Below, piece by piece: positions 12,501 through 19,743 of a DNA stretch of 64,000 nt. Below the pieces are notes generated by a model. The model was not told the DNA's origin, searched no databases, and saw only the letters and a program-made list of their open reading frames with translations. How positions within the stretch are numbered: the first letter of the stretch is position 1; each line of letters begins with the position of its first letter. Source of the stretch: Rhodothermales bacterium (GTDB taxonomy: Bacteria; Bacteroidota; Rhodothermia; Rhodothermales; BA12); assembly GCA_963829705.1 (NCBI GenBank), contig CAWHJN010000003.1:381828-445827 (forward strand), written 5' to 3'. Position numbers and translations under genes: made by a program.

Positions 12501-15500
12501 GCGCCGTTCGAGGACCGCACGGTGCGGACGCTCAGTGGCTTCTTCGGCGGGAGTTGCGACACGCAGGTAGGCACCGCGGCGCTCCGCATCTTCACCGAGG
12601 ACGGCTGCTTCGACCACGAGGTGCCGCTCGCTGGAGCCTTTACCGTCGATCTGCCCGCGCAGCAATACCTCCTCCAGGTCAAGAAGGTGAATCCGACGAA
12701 CGACGACCTGCGCGTGGACATCCTGAACTTTTTCGAAGACTACGGCACCCGCGCCGTCGACCTACGCACCGACGACCAGTCCATCGACTTCATCTACCGC
12801 GCGCCGTTGCAGGTCGCCATCGAGGGCCTGGCGGGCGATCTGTGCCCGGCCAACGTCATCACCGAAGTAGACGAGGACGGCACGCCGCTGCGTACGCTCC
12901 CGAAGGTGCCTCTCATCCCTCCCGACGCCGTCCGCCCACTCACCATCCGGGTGACGGAAGACTACGGCGTGGCCGGCACGTGCCCGGTGGATACGGGCTC
13001 GGTAACCATCTACGACGGCCTCGCCGACCGGGCCGAGGAGCCCGTCACGCTCGCCATCACAGGCGGCACTGTGTCCTACGAGACGCGGGCCGGACAGCCC
13101 GACTTCTCCACGGGCCGCGTGATCGACGGCGTGGACCGGTCGTACCAGAAGTCCCTTACCGTCATCGCCCGGGTGGAGGGGCGGACGCCCACGACCGAAA
13201 CGCAATGGGCCGTCGTGGAAGGCCTGAAAGCACGGCAGAGCACGTTCGTCTCGGCGACGACGGAGGAATTCCCCGTCCTCATCCTGCGCGATCCGCCGGG
13301 CAGCAACTCGTACAGCTACCTCGAAGGCGGCACGACGCATTGCCAGAGCTGGTCGAACACGCAACTCAGGGGGGGTGGAGCAGGGGCCGACATCGACCTG
13401 CGGCTGGGCTTCATCACCAACACGGGCGTGGGCTTCGGCGTCTTTACGATCCTCGCAGCCGGTGCGGGCGTCTCCTTCAAAACCCGGATCGTCGGCGGCC
13501 AGGATGTGACGCGCCTCCGGCCGGGCGAGCGGAATCTCGAAATCTGCGCCACCACCACGGAGCGCTGGTCTACCCCGAGCGACCCGACGTGGGTGGGCGA
13601 AGACCTGTTCGCGGGCATCGCGCTCAACCTCATCTTCGCCCTGGCCGACGAGATCTCGTCGGATGCACAATCGTGCAGCATCCAGGCGAAGGAAGTGCTC
13701 GCGATGGACCTGGACGAAACGGAGCCGTTCGAGACGACCTACGTCTTCGGCAAGAGCCATATCACCTATTCGCTGATCCCGGCCTTGGAGCAGCTCATTG
13801 CGTTGAGCGGTGCGGAGGCGTCGTTCGGCGATACGGACGCCGTGACGCTCGGCCACGCGCGGGACAACTGGAAGGGCCATCTCGCCCTGAACGACTCGCT
13901 GGTGGCGGAAGCCCTCCAGAATCCGGTGCAGAACCGTTCGTTCAGCGCGGGTGCCGACTACGAGTACAGCATGACGGCAGACACCACGACCGTCACGAAC
14001 GCCACGACCACGCGCGTCTACCTCGACTCCCAGGGCGGGATCGGGGTGCTCCAGAACATCTTCGGCTTCGATTCCTGGAACGGCCTCGTGTACGAGGCGC
14101 GGTCGGAGCGGGTCACGGAAGAGAAGGCCTCGGAGGACACGACGAACGTGATGGGCTACGTGCTCTCCGACGGCGACACAGGCGACTTCTTCAGCGTGGA
14201 CATCGGGACGGATCCGCTCTACAGCACGCCCGTCTTCCGCACCGTCAGCGGGCGCAGCTCGAACCCGTGGGAAAGCGGCACGCAGCAGCGCGACAAGCCG
14301 CGCGTCGAGATCAACCCGCCGCAGATCTTCGGGGCCGATCCCGACGCGGGGGCTTCCTTTGCCCTGACCATCACCAACGACAGCGAGAGCGCCGAACGAC
14401 GCGAGTACAAAATCCGCGTGCCCGGCGAAGTCAACGCCAAGAACCTGGGCGTGACGATCACAGGCGACCTGCTGGGCGGCGACCGCCTGGAAACCGTCGT
14501 CCTCAATGCCGGGGCGTCGGTCACGCTGAACATGGACGTCTACCCCGCCCCGTCGGCGTTTACCTACGAAGACGTCGGCATCATGGTGTATCCCGACAAC
14601 GAGTTCGAAATCTGGCGGGCCGATCCACGGCAGCCTTTCGCGCTGTCGGACACGGCGTTTTTCAGCGTGTCATTCACCGCGCCGTGCAGCGAAATCAACG
14701 TGCGCGAACCTGGAGATCACTGGACGCTCAACGCGGCTACTTTCCCCGGCGGCCTGCTGGTGAGCCTCGACGAGTTCGGACTCGACGTGTCGCCCGACGA
14801 GCGCGTCGACCGGCTGGGCCTCGAATACCGCCGCGCCGGCACCGACGATCCGTGGGCAGAGGCCTTCTCGGTGGGAGCCGATGACCTCCCCACCGAGGAC
14901 GCCACGTTCTACACGCAAACGTGGGACGTGGCACGGGCCGGGCTGACGGGCGGGGCGTACGAGCTGCGCGGCTACACCGAATGCCCGGTGGGCGGCAGGG
15001 TCTACTCCCCGGCGATCTCGGGCGTCGTGGATACCGTCGCGCCCGTCGTCTTCCGAGCCGACCCCGCCGACGAAGTGCTCAGCCTCGGCGACGACATCGC
15101 GCTGACGTTCAACGAGCCCATCGACTGCCCCGCCGTGCTCGGCAAGGTCGGCTCGACGCCGACGAACCAGACCGTCTTCCTCTACCACGACGACGGCCCC
15201 GCCGCCGGAACGGAGATCGCCTCGCAGGCCCTCTGCAACGGCTCGACGGTGCTCGTCCAACTCGCCGACGTGACGAAGTGGCCGAGCCTCGAAGGCCGCC
15301 GCCTGCGCGCCGAGGTTCGCAGTCTTACCGACGCAGCAGGCAACCCGATGATGGCGACGGAGAACCTGCCCGACGGCACACCCCACGCGTGGACGTTCAC
15401 GGTGCAGCGCTCTGCCGTGGCGTGGACGCCCTCGAACGCCGAGGCCAACGTGCCACCCGCGCAGGCGGCGGCGCTCACGGCGACACTCGCCAACGGGCGC

Positions 15501-17396
15501 GCCCAGGCCATCGACTTCACGCTCGAGGGCCCGTTCAAGCTGGCGAAGCTGGATGCGGGTGGCGTCTCGACCGGCGATTCGGTCGCCGTCACGCCGTCGC
15601 TCGTCGAGGGGCGGATCGTCCCCGGCGGGCAACAGCGCATCGACTTCGGCTGGCCCGGTGCCGCCGATCTCGGCACCTACCGCGCTACGCTCGCCACGGC
15701 CACGAAGGAAGGCACACGCGAGCTGGGCACCGTCCCGCTCGACCTGACGGTCAACGTCACGTGTGCCCCGCCGCTGTGGACGCTCCGGCCCGAGACGTTC
15801 GAGTTCAACATGACGGCGATGGCGCGCCTGATGATCGACGGCGTGGCCTCGCAGGACGAGAACGACCGCGTAGCCGCCTTCGTCGATGGCCACCTGCGCG
15901 GCCTCGGTAGCGTGACCGCCTTCCCGGGCGCGGGAGGCACCTCGGACTACCTCGCGCCGCTGCTGATCTACAGCAACCAGGAGGCCGGCGAGGCCGTCAC
16001 GATCCAGGTCTGGGACGACTCCGCCTGCCGGCTCTACACCGAGACGAGCGCCGCCTTCGTCTTCGTCGCCGACGCCGAGCGCGGCACGCCTGCGCGTCCG
16101 TTCACGGTCTTCGCCCCCGACAACGGCAGTGGCCCCGGACAGGTCAACCTGCTGGCGGGCTGGACGTGGATCTCGACCAACCGCACGCCTGCCGACACGA
16201 GCTTGAATGCGGTGCTCGACGGGCTGTTTGTCTCCAACGGCGACCTCGTCAAGAACCAGACCTCCTTTGCCCTCTACGACGAGAATGCCGGGTGGGTGGG
16301 TTCGCTGGAGGGGATCGTGCCCGGCCCGGCGTACCTGACACGGCTCACAGCGAGCAACACGCTCGTGCTCGCGGGCACGCCCGTCGACGTGGCCGCCACG
16401 CCGATCCGGCTCAACGCGGGCTGGACGTGGGTGGGCTACCTGCCGCAGACGGCCTATCCGCTGGACTACGCGCTGCAAAACGTGACGACGCAGACGGACG
16501 ACCTCATCAAAGGGCAGTTCGGCTTCGCGCAGTACCTCGACGGCACCGGCTGGATCGGCTCGCTCGCGGAGTTGCGCCCGGATGCGGGGTACATGATGAA
16601 GATGCAGGCCCCGACGACGTTCACGTATCCGAGCGTGGACCCGCCTGCGAGCGCGAGCGCTACGGCCCGCGCGTCGGTGCCAGCAGGAGACGCCGTGACG
16701 GCAGAGACCTCTGGCAGCGAAAGCGCAGCCCAGCAAGCCGATGTGCCCGACTGGACCGTTGACGCGGCGCAGTACGAGCACTCGATGTCGATCACGGCCA
16801 CCCTCTCGGTCGACGGCGTGCCCGTGATCACGCCGGGGTCGATGGCGGCGGCCTTCGTGCCCGGCGAACAAGGCGGAGCCGAGGTGCGCGGCGTGGGTTC
16901 GGTGCAGTACGTGGCTGCGCTCGACGAGTGGCTCGTCTTCCTGACGGCCTACAGCAACGCTGCCGAGGGCGAGGCGCTTTCGTTCAAACTCTACGACGCC
17001 GCCAGCGATGCCACTCGTGAAGCGGCCCTGGCGCTCTCGTTCGTGGCCAACGGCGTGGTGGGTACGCTCACCAACCCCATCGTCTTCGACCCCTCGCGCG
17101 CGACAGCGGTGGAAGCGGGCATGGGCATCCCGGCGGACTACGTGATCCTGCCCAACCTGCCCAATCCGTTCGCCTCCTCGACGGTGCTCCGCTACGGCTT
17201 GCCCGAGGCCACGCGCGTGCGGCTCGTCGTCTACGACGTGCTCGGGCGCGAAGTGCGCCGCGTGGTGGATCGGGAGCAGGCTCCGGGTTACCACCGGGTG
17301 GGCCTCGAGGCGGAAGATCTGGCCAGCGGCGTCTACTTCGTGCGGCTCGAAGCGGGCGGGCGCACCGAGACGCAGCGCGTGGTGGTGCTCAAATGA
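6543..17396 (+). CDS. Giant (3617 aa) secreted multidomain surface protein, adhesin-like, with a T9SS C-terminal sorting domain
   Basis: N-terminal signal peptide (MQTLPRHALLDRTPSLCALLVFTLAGLTTAAPASAQ). About 12 FN3-like repeats, each ending in a YTYCV....CDTGRR motif. A LamG lectin-like insertion at 7261..7860. An FG-GAP beta-propeller (FG.(A/S)V.....GAP repeats). A second LamG domain. A carboxypeptidase-regulatory-like stretch. A large unassigned conserved core. A T9SS CTD at the C-terminus. The frame is intact. Confidence 0.9.
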   Translation: MQTLPRHALLDRTPSLCALLVFTLAGLTTAAPASAQRLDASDGRFLHRIELAWPDFAPGDAYVVTRDGHALGSVASGTTRFADSAPVAGVIHTYCVTADVPAPAPQLCDDGSLGTVTATDGLLEDRVEIRWPGPDSEETIFRVYRASEGQAVDRATDLIGLGASNETLFTDRAGDPGVLYTYCVTASLNGDLVCDTGRRILFAPTGFRASDATYENRIALTWADRSGIEDGYRLARAAQGVLAFDGASDHLTTQVAVDLSGSFTFTFRVRRTRTGAETVLSQGGGPASGLTIGFDASDRVRVGFGANMLLSATPLTDTDWHHIAVTHDAATGDRALYVDGVLAGSDVAGGPYTGLGPLVFGTRAWDAGESFGGELDEVRQWKRALPASEAIPNTLLSGQETGLVSYWPFDTGTGTTALDVTGGNDAVFEGGMDTSAWQAAPAFDLIALLPANASTFQDQTTVAGLPYTYRVEAFEYAAGSSTDYFVSVGATVAGTRGFVLPPRLFAATDGQYPDRVVLTWIDQTDAETGYRITRDGVVILPDAQTETFARNTTVRFEDTGATPGVAHTYCATTLSLLGDSPAVCDTGGIGILPAPTTVAASDDTFDDLVEITWVDDSTTEDGFRVYRDGTLVTTTTANATSYRDRTGFAGVPYTYCVAALSTVSGGEIESAQVCDTGRRIPVLAPTNVIASDGAHEDHVEIAWGNPSQVGTLFVVERSTGGGAASPIKSLPANQRLYFDAEIASETVYTYCVLTMAVIAAPSASSAPNRASDAALEAFPADEALLAEMRAAVLESPPPAFQALSEDERALRVSALTMADFAQSDRTCDTGFRTLLPPTDVAATFEDKEDYVEITWEIASSVADGHNVYRDGVLVGQVDGDRTALRDTAGTPGQTFTYTVRAFDDKGESAPSAGKTGKRTLLAPIDLAASDGAFEDRVTLTWTDESRVERGYRVYREHADGTGRVLLGTAPARAQTYIDSTASLVSGTVYTYRVAAFDGAGESAAATDAGSTALLQALSVSASTTYFDRITVTWVDVSATESGYEVTRRRRSASTIDKTETLAAGSTQFIDTDAALLLDADYVYCVRSFTTDGGARAYGANVCSTGRRDSSAEPIGEVTNPPQVVTVAGTRFLGEAVAASGADDILATGGGNAARFFSKNNVGTWTLAQAVLPTDFLSGVGLASVGVGIEGDCAAVGAPTYEDGAVAFYRRTNGTWVYRDFAEPGDGAFEREASWGAAVALGGGRGIMGAPDYNDNDNDRGRAGAAQFGLRNADCSFSGPVWDARDDVLELTENDFFGTAVDLDATYAVVGAPSARNGLGDAYIFNGNTLEAKDMLPFNFTGTTGSFGRAVGLQGGYAAIGASNAVFLFRRNDDGTWVQVARLVPPVLTAGDDFGASLAFVDNHLIIGAPGYNNGEGAAYVWQRDTDLDAWFYSHLLTVDGAGIAVQGNAGDRFGASVAIAEGWFVVGAPNDDDAGADAGALFTFPFTFIPPPPPSSIVPPGTLTASDGLAQDAIQLRWNDTSTDETGFNIYRSDQGGSIATVEPNQEAYRDFTAVPGRAYRYCIEVQTPGGVSEQVCDVGRRPSNGTISGRIVARSGSGVGGSEVCIAPSPNDALLLDGVGGFVEIPNRPAFNFDTADDFTIEVWLKYSGTAGPSGPAQASILEMGDNRGTAIPFALRTGLRSDPGKLVLLREGGGIIRSVGSTRNDLNDNTWHHVAVVHDGAAKSFTMYIDGAQDATATYTTLGSTKNAYPLYFGRRGNLATSWYGGQMDEVRIWNEARTAADIQATMRMPLAGSEDGLVGYWPLELRSGDLIVDLTPNASYGTRKGGAFSSADGAPLDTCAPTDEEGNYTLNRISYGVSTDFQVTPMQQDRAFEPVFKSITLSTENAVQNEVIFTDITAVTLAGTVVYPSPFDASTCPVPDVALYVGKPGEERLPRTSTEQDGAFSLNLDLGQYVAEPRYGEGAAEHTFSPASATVNLSGDVTLAPFEDRTVRTLSGFFGGSCDTQVGTAALRIFTEDGCFDHEVPLAGAFTVDLPAQQYLLQVKKVNPTNDDLRVDILNFFEDYGTRAVDLRTDDQSIDFIYRAPLQVAIEGLAGDLCPANVITEVDEDGTPLRTLPKVPLIPPDAVRPLTIRVTEDYGVAGTCPVDTGSVTIYDGLADRAEEPVTLAITGGTVSYETRAGQPDFSTGRVIDGVDRSYQKSLTVIARVEGRTPTTETQWAVVEGLKARQSTFVSATTEEFPVLILRDPPGSNSYSYLEGGTTHCQSWSNTQLRGGGAGADIDLRLGFITNTGVGFGVFTILAAGAGVSFKTRIVGGQDVTRLRPGERNLEICATTTERWSTPSDPTWVGEDLFAGIALNLIFALADEISSDAQSCSIQAKEVLAMDLDETEPFETTYVFGKSHITYSLIPALEQLIALSGAEASFGDTDAVTLGHARDNWKGHLALNDSLVAEALQNPVQNRSFSAGADYEYSMTADTTTVTNATTTRVYLDSQGGIGVLQNIFGFDSWNGLVYEARSERVTEEKASEDTTNVMGYVLSDGDTGDFFSVDIGTDPLYSTPVFRTVSGRSSNPWESGTQQRDKPRVEINPPQIFGADPDAGASFALTITNDSESAERREYKIRVPGEVNAKNLGVTITGDLLGGDRLETVVLNAGASVTLNMDVYPAPSAFTYEDVGIMVYPDNEFEIWRADPRQPFALSDTAFFSVSFTAPCSEINVREPGDHWTLNAATFPGGLLVSLDEFGLDVSPDERVDRLGLEYRRAGTDDPWAEAFSVGADDLPTEDATFYTQTWDVARAGLTGGAYELRGYTECPVGGRVYSPAISGVVDTVAPVVFRADPADEVLSLGDDIALTFNEPIDCPAVLGKVGSTPTNQTVFLYHDDGPAAGTEIASQALCNGSTVLVQLADVTKWPSLEGRRLRAEVRSLTDAAGNPMMATENLPDGTPHAWTFTVQRSAVAWTPSNAEANVPPAQAAALTATLANGRAQAIDFTLEGPFKLAKLDAGGVSTGDSVAVTPSLVEGRIVPGGQQRIDFGWPGAADLGTYRATLATATKEGTRELGTVPLDLTVNVTCAPPLWTLRPETFEFNMTAMARLMIDGVASQDENDRVAAFVDGHLRGLGSVTAFPGAGGTSDYLAPLLIYSNQEAGEAVTIQVWDDSACRLYTETSAAFVFVADAERGTPARPFTVFAPDNGSGPGQVNLLAGWTWISTNRTPADTSLNAVLDGLFVSNGDLVKNQTSFALYDENAGWVGSLEGIVPGPAYLTRLTASNTLVLAGTPVDVAATPIRLNAGWTWVGYLPQTAYPLDYALQNVTTQTDDLIKGQFGFAQYLDGTGWIGSLAELRPDAGYMMKMQAPTTFTYPSVDPPASASATARASVPAGDAVTAETSGSESAAQQADVPDWTVDAAQYEHSMSITATLSVDGVPVITPGSMAAAFVPGEQGGAEVRGVGSVQYVAALDEWLVFLTAYSNAAEGEALSFKLYDAASDATREAALALSFVANGVVGTLTNPIVFDPSRATAVEAGMGIPADYVILPNLPNPFASSTVLRYGLPEATRVRLVVYDVLGREVRRVVDREQAPGYHRVGLEAEDLASGVYFVRLEAGGRTETQRVVVLK
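6651..9870 (+). repeat. Array of about 12 FN3-like about 95-aa repeats inside the giant gene. The array is interrupted by a LamG domain at about 7261..7860.
   Basis: The motif RxxLxWxD....GYxVxRDG....YTYCVxA.....CDTGRR recurs about every 285 nt. Confidence 0.7.
9930..10995 (+). repeat. FG-GAP (integrin-alpha-type) beta-propeller repeats inside the giant gene
   Basis: At least 5 repeats of the type FG.AV.L...YAVVGAP....G.AYIF (FGTAVDLDATYAVVGAP, FGRAVGLQGGYAAIGAS, FGASLAFVDNHLIIGAP, FGASVAIAEGWFVVGAP). Confidence 0.65.
11380..11990 (+). other. Second LamG / concanavalin-A-like lectin domain of the giant gene
   Basis: ..WHHVAVVHDGAAKSFTMYIDG.....YFGRRGN....YGGQMDEVRIWN.ARTAADIQA......GLVGYWPLE matches the Laminin_G_3 pattern. 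This is the same domain seen at the very start of the window in copy 1. Confidence 0.6.
17119..17396 (+). other. T9SS C-terminal sorting domain of the giant gene
   Basis: IPADYVILPNLPNPFASSTVLRYGLPEATRVRLVVYDVLGREV....ASGVYFVRLEAGGRTETQRVVVLK. Confidence 0.75.
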
Positions 17397-17563
17397 TCGC
17401 GCGCCCATAACCGGCGAGGGCGCCGGGTAGCGGAGGTATGGTGGCCCCGCTGCCCGGTGCTCGCGTCGGCGTTCGCGCCGCGCCTATCCTGATTTATGCG
17501 CCTGCGTGATGTGCGCGGCAGCGCCGCACGCCCTCGATCCCGGCTTCTGGAAAAAGTAGCCCT

Positions 17564-17845
17564 TCACCAGATCACGTCGAAGCCGCCGAGGACTTCTTGC
17601 GGATCGCCCCACTCTTCGTCGATGCGATCGACGGACGCCGCGCCCGGCCCGAGGTGGAGCGCGTCGAGCCAGGATTCGAGGTCGGCGTGATCGCCCTCGG
17701 CGTGCGCGCGCACCGTGCCGTCGGGTTCGTTGCGGACCCAGCCGATGAGTTTGCGCGCCTTCGCCTCGCTCCGCACGTAATCGCGGTAGCCGACGCCCTG
17801 CACACGCCCCCGCACGATGATCTCGACGCGCTTCTTGCTGGTCAT
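17564..17845 (-). CDS. acyP: Acylphosphatase
   Basis: 93 aa. VQGVGYR....A..LGL.GWVRN..DGTV is the acylphosphatase signature. Confidence 0.85.
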   Translation of the reverse strand: MTSKKRVEIIVRGRVQGVGYRDYVRSEAKARKLIGWVRNEPDGTVRAHAEGDHADLESWLDALHLGPGAASVDRIDEEWGDPQEVLGGFDVIW

Positions 17846-17899
17846 GGAATCTTGGTCATTGGAGTTGAAAACGAAGGACGAACGACCAACGACGAATGG

Positions 17900-18718
17900 C
17901 TACCCCTCCAGCAAGCCCTGCGCGCGTGCCCAGTCGGTGAACTGCGCCACGAGGTGCTCGAACGATTCGAGCTCGAACAGCAAGGGCTGGAGGTGCCACA
18001 CGTCGTAATCCTGCTCGGCCACGATGGCCGGGTCGTAGGGCTTGACCTCCACGTCGCCCGACAGCGCGTGCGTGACTTCGTTGGGCGACGACAGGATGCC
18101 GGCTCCGAAGATGCGGCGGCCGGCATCCTCCTGCACCAGCCCGAACTCCACCGAGAACCAGTGCAGCCGTTCCATCTGGATGCGCTGGTAGCCCGTCGCG
18201 TTGAGCGCCGCCTTGCCGAAAAGCTGGTAGAAATCCGCGAAGGCAGGCTGCGCGAGCATCGGCATGTGGCCGAAGATGTCGTGGAAGAGGTCGGGCGCGG
18301 GTGTGTAGTCGAGTTCTTCGCGGCCCCGGATGTAATCCGTCGAGGGGAAGACGCGGGCGGCGAGCAGTTCGAAAAAGTTCTTCTCGTGCAACAGCCCCGG
18401 CACCCGCGCCACCGTCCAGCCCGTCGCGGCGCGCAGGCGGCGGCTGAGGTCTGCGAGCGGCGGGATGCGTTCGCCGCCCATCGTGAGCGTCTGCGCGCCG
18501 TCGAGGTACGCGCGGCACGCCCGGCCCGGCAGAAACGCCATCTGCCGTTTGTAGAGGATGCGCCACGTCTCCTGGTCGATCTCGGAGTAGCCGGGGTAGA
18601 GGATCTCGTCGCCCGTGGGCGGCGGGCCGTCGAGCGTCTGCGGCACACAGCGCGGGTCGAGGTCTTCGGCTCCGGCTTTTTCGTAGGCGGAAAGGAGCGA
18701 GTCGGCGGCGGTATTCAT
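17900..18718 (-). CDS. phhA: Phenylalanine-4-hydroxylase (biopterin-dependent aromatic amino acid hydroxylase)
   Basis: Strong similarity to bacterial PhhA (PDLFHDIFGHMPMLAQPAFADFYQ, GAGILSS). The start is taken at MNTAADSLL. The ORF could extend to 18763. Confidence 0.85.
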   Translation of the reverse strand: MNTAADSLLSAYEKAGAEDLDPRCVPQTLDGPPPTGDEILYPGYSEIDQETWRILYKRQMAFLPGRACRAYLDGAQTLTMGGERIPPLADLSRRLRAATGWTVARVPGLLHEKNFFELLAARVFPSTDYIRGREELDYTPAPDLFHDIFGHMPMLAQPAFADFYQLFGKAALNATGYQRIQMERLHWFSVEFGLVQEDAGRRIFGAGILSSPNEVTHALSGDVEVKPYDPAIVAEQDYDVWHLQPLLFELESFEHLVAQFTDWARAQGLLEG

Positions 18719-18791
18719 GACGGCGGGGAGGTGAGCGCAGCGCGTAAACGAAAGCGCTTCCAATACGTCTGCGCCCGGCGCGCGTTTCCCG

Positions 18792-18926
18792 TCAGAAGCG
18801 CGGCAAGACGAGCGTGACGAGCATCACGATGACGATGACGACGAGCACGACGGCGACGATGATGGAAGCATAGCTGCGCCCGCCAGTGGCATCGTTGTGC
18901 GGGTCTTCGGGCTGGAACGAGGTGGC
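18792..18926 (-). CDS. Candidate 44-aa single-pass membrane peptide upstream of phhA
   Basis: ATG..MATSFQPEDPHNDATGGRSYASIIVAVVLVVIVIVMLVTLVLPRF. Polar N-terminus plus one transmembrane helix. No homology is claimed. Confidence 0.3.
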   Translation of the reverse strand, partial: ATSFQPEDPHNDATGGRSYASIIVAVVLVVIVIVMLVTLVLPRF

Positions 18927-19101
18927 CATGACGCGAGGTGAGGTCGGTGAAGACCGTTCCCACCACCGGGCGCGGCAAGATGATTCCATGCACTCCTGCA
19001 AGCGGGCGCTCTTTCGGCATCGTTACGCCTCGAAACGCCCTTCACCGCTGTTGCCGTCGCCGCGAGGCCGGTGTATTCTCTGGCCGGTTCCACGCGCTTC
19101 C

Positions 19102-19701
19102 ATGCTCGACGCTCTGTTCGCCGCTCCGCTGCTGCCCTTCACCGTCCCGGCGCTGCTCGCGCTCGTGCTGTGGCTTGTGGCGTCGTTCGGGCTGGTCTCG
19201 TTCGATGGCGACGCGGACTTCGACCTCGACCTCGACGTCGAGGCAGACGCGCCGTTTCTGTCGTGGCTCGGGCTGGGGACGGTGCCGGCGTTTTTGCTGG
19301 TCACGCTGTTTTTGTTCGCCTTCGGCTGGAGCGGCATCGGGCTCCACGGGCTGCTGGGCGGGCTTTTTGGACTCGACGGCTGGGCGGCCACAGGTGCGAC
19401 GCTGCCCGTGGCGCTTCTGGCCGGGCTGGGTACGACGGGCGTGCTGAGCCGTCCACTCGGCAGGCTGTTCAAAACCGAGGAGGCTGCCAAGCGCAAAACG
19501 CTCGTCGGGCGCACCGCCACGGTGTCGAGCGGCACGCTCACCGACACGTTCGGCAGCGTCACGCTCCGCACGGCGTCGGGGCCGGTGGAAGTCAGCGCGC
19601 GGGTGGAGCCGGGTGTGTCACTTGCCTACGGACAGAAAGTGCTCGTCTACGAACACGATGAGGCGCTAAACCTCTATTTTGTCGCGCCCTACGCCGAGTA
19701 G
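19102..19701 (+). CDS. NfeD-like / YqiJ-family membrane protein (flotillin partner)
   Basis: Membrane N-terminal half with an acidic DGDADFDLDLDVEAD motif and a C-terminal OB-fold-like soluble part. It lies directly upstream of a flotillin gene. The start is at the internal MLDALF. Confidence 0.7.
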   Translation: MLDALFAAPLLPFTVPALLALVLWLVASFGLVSFDGDADFDLDLDVEADAPFLSWLGLGTVPAFLLVTLFLFAFGWSGIGLHGLLGGLFGLDGWAATGATLPVALLAGLGTTGVLSRPLGRLFKTEEAAKRKTLVGRTATVSSGTLTDTFGSVTLRTASGPVEVSARVEPGVSLAYGQKVLVYEHDEALNLYFVAPYAE

Positions 19702-19743
19702 CGACGGGCACCTCCGCTCCCTCCCCTCTCTCAAAAAACCGTC

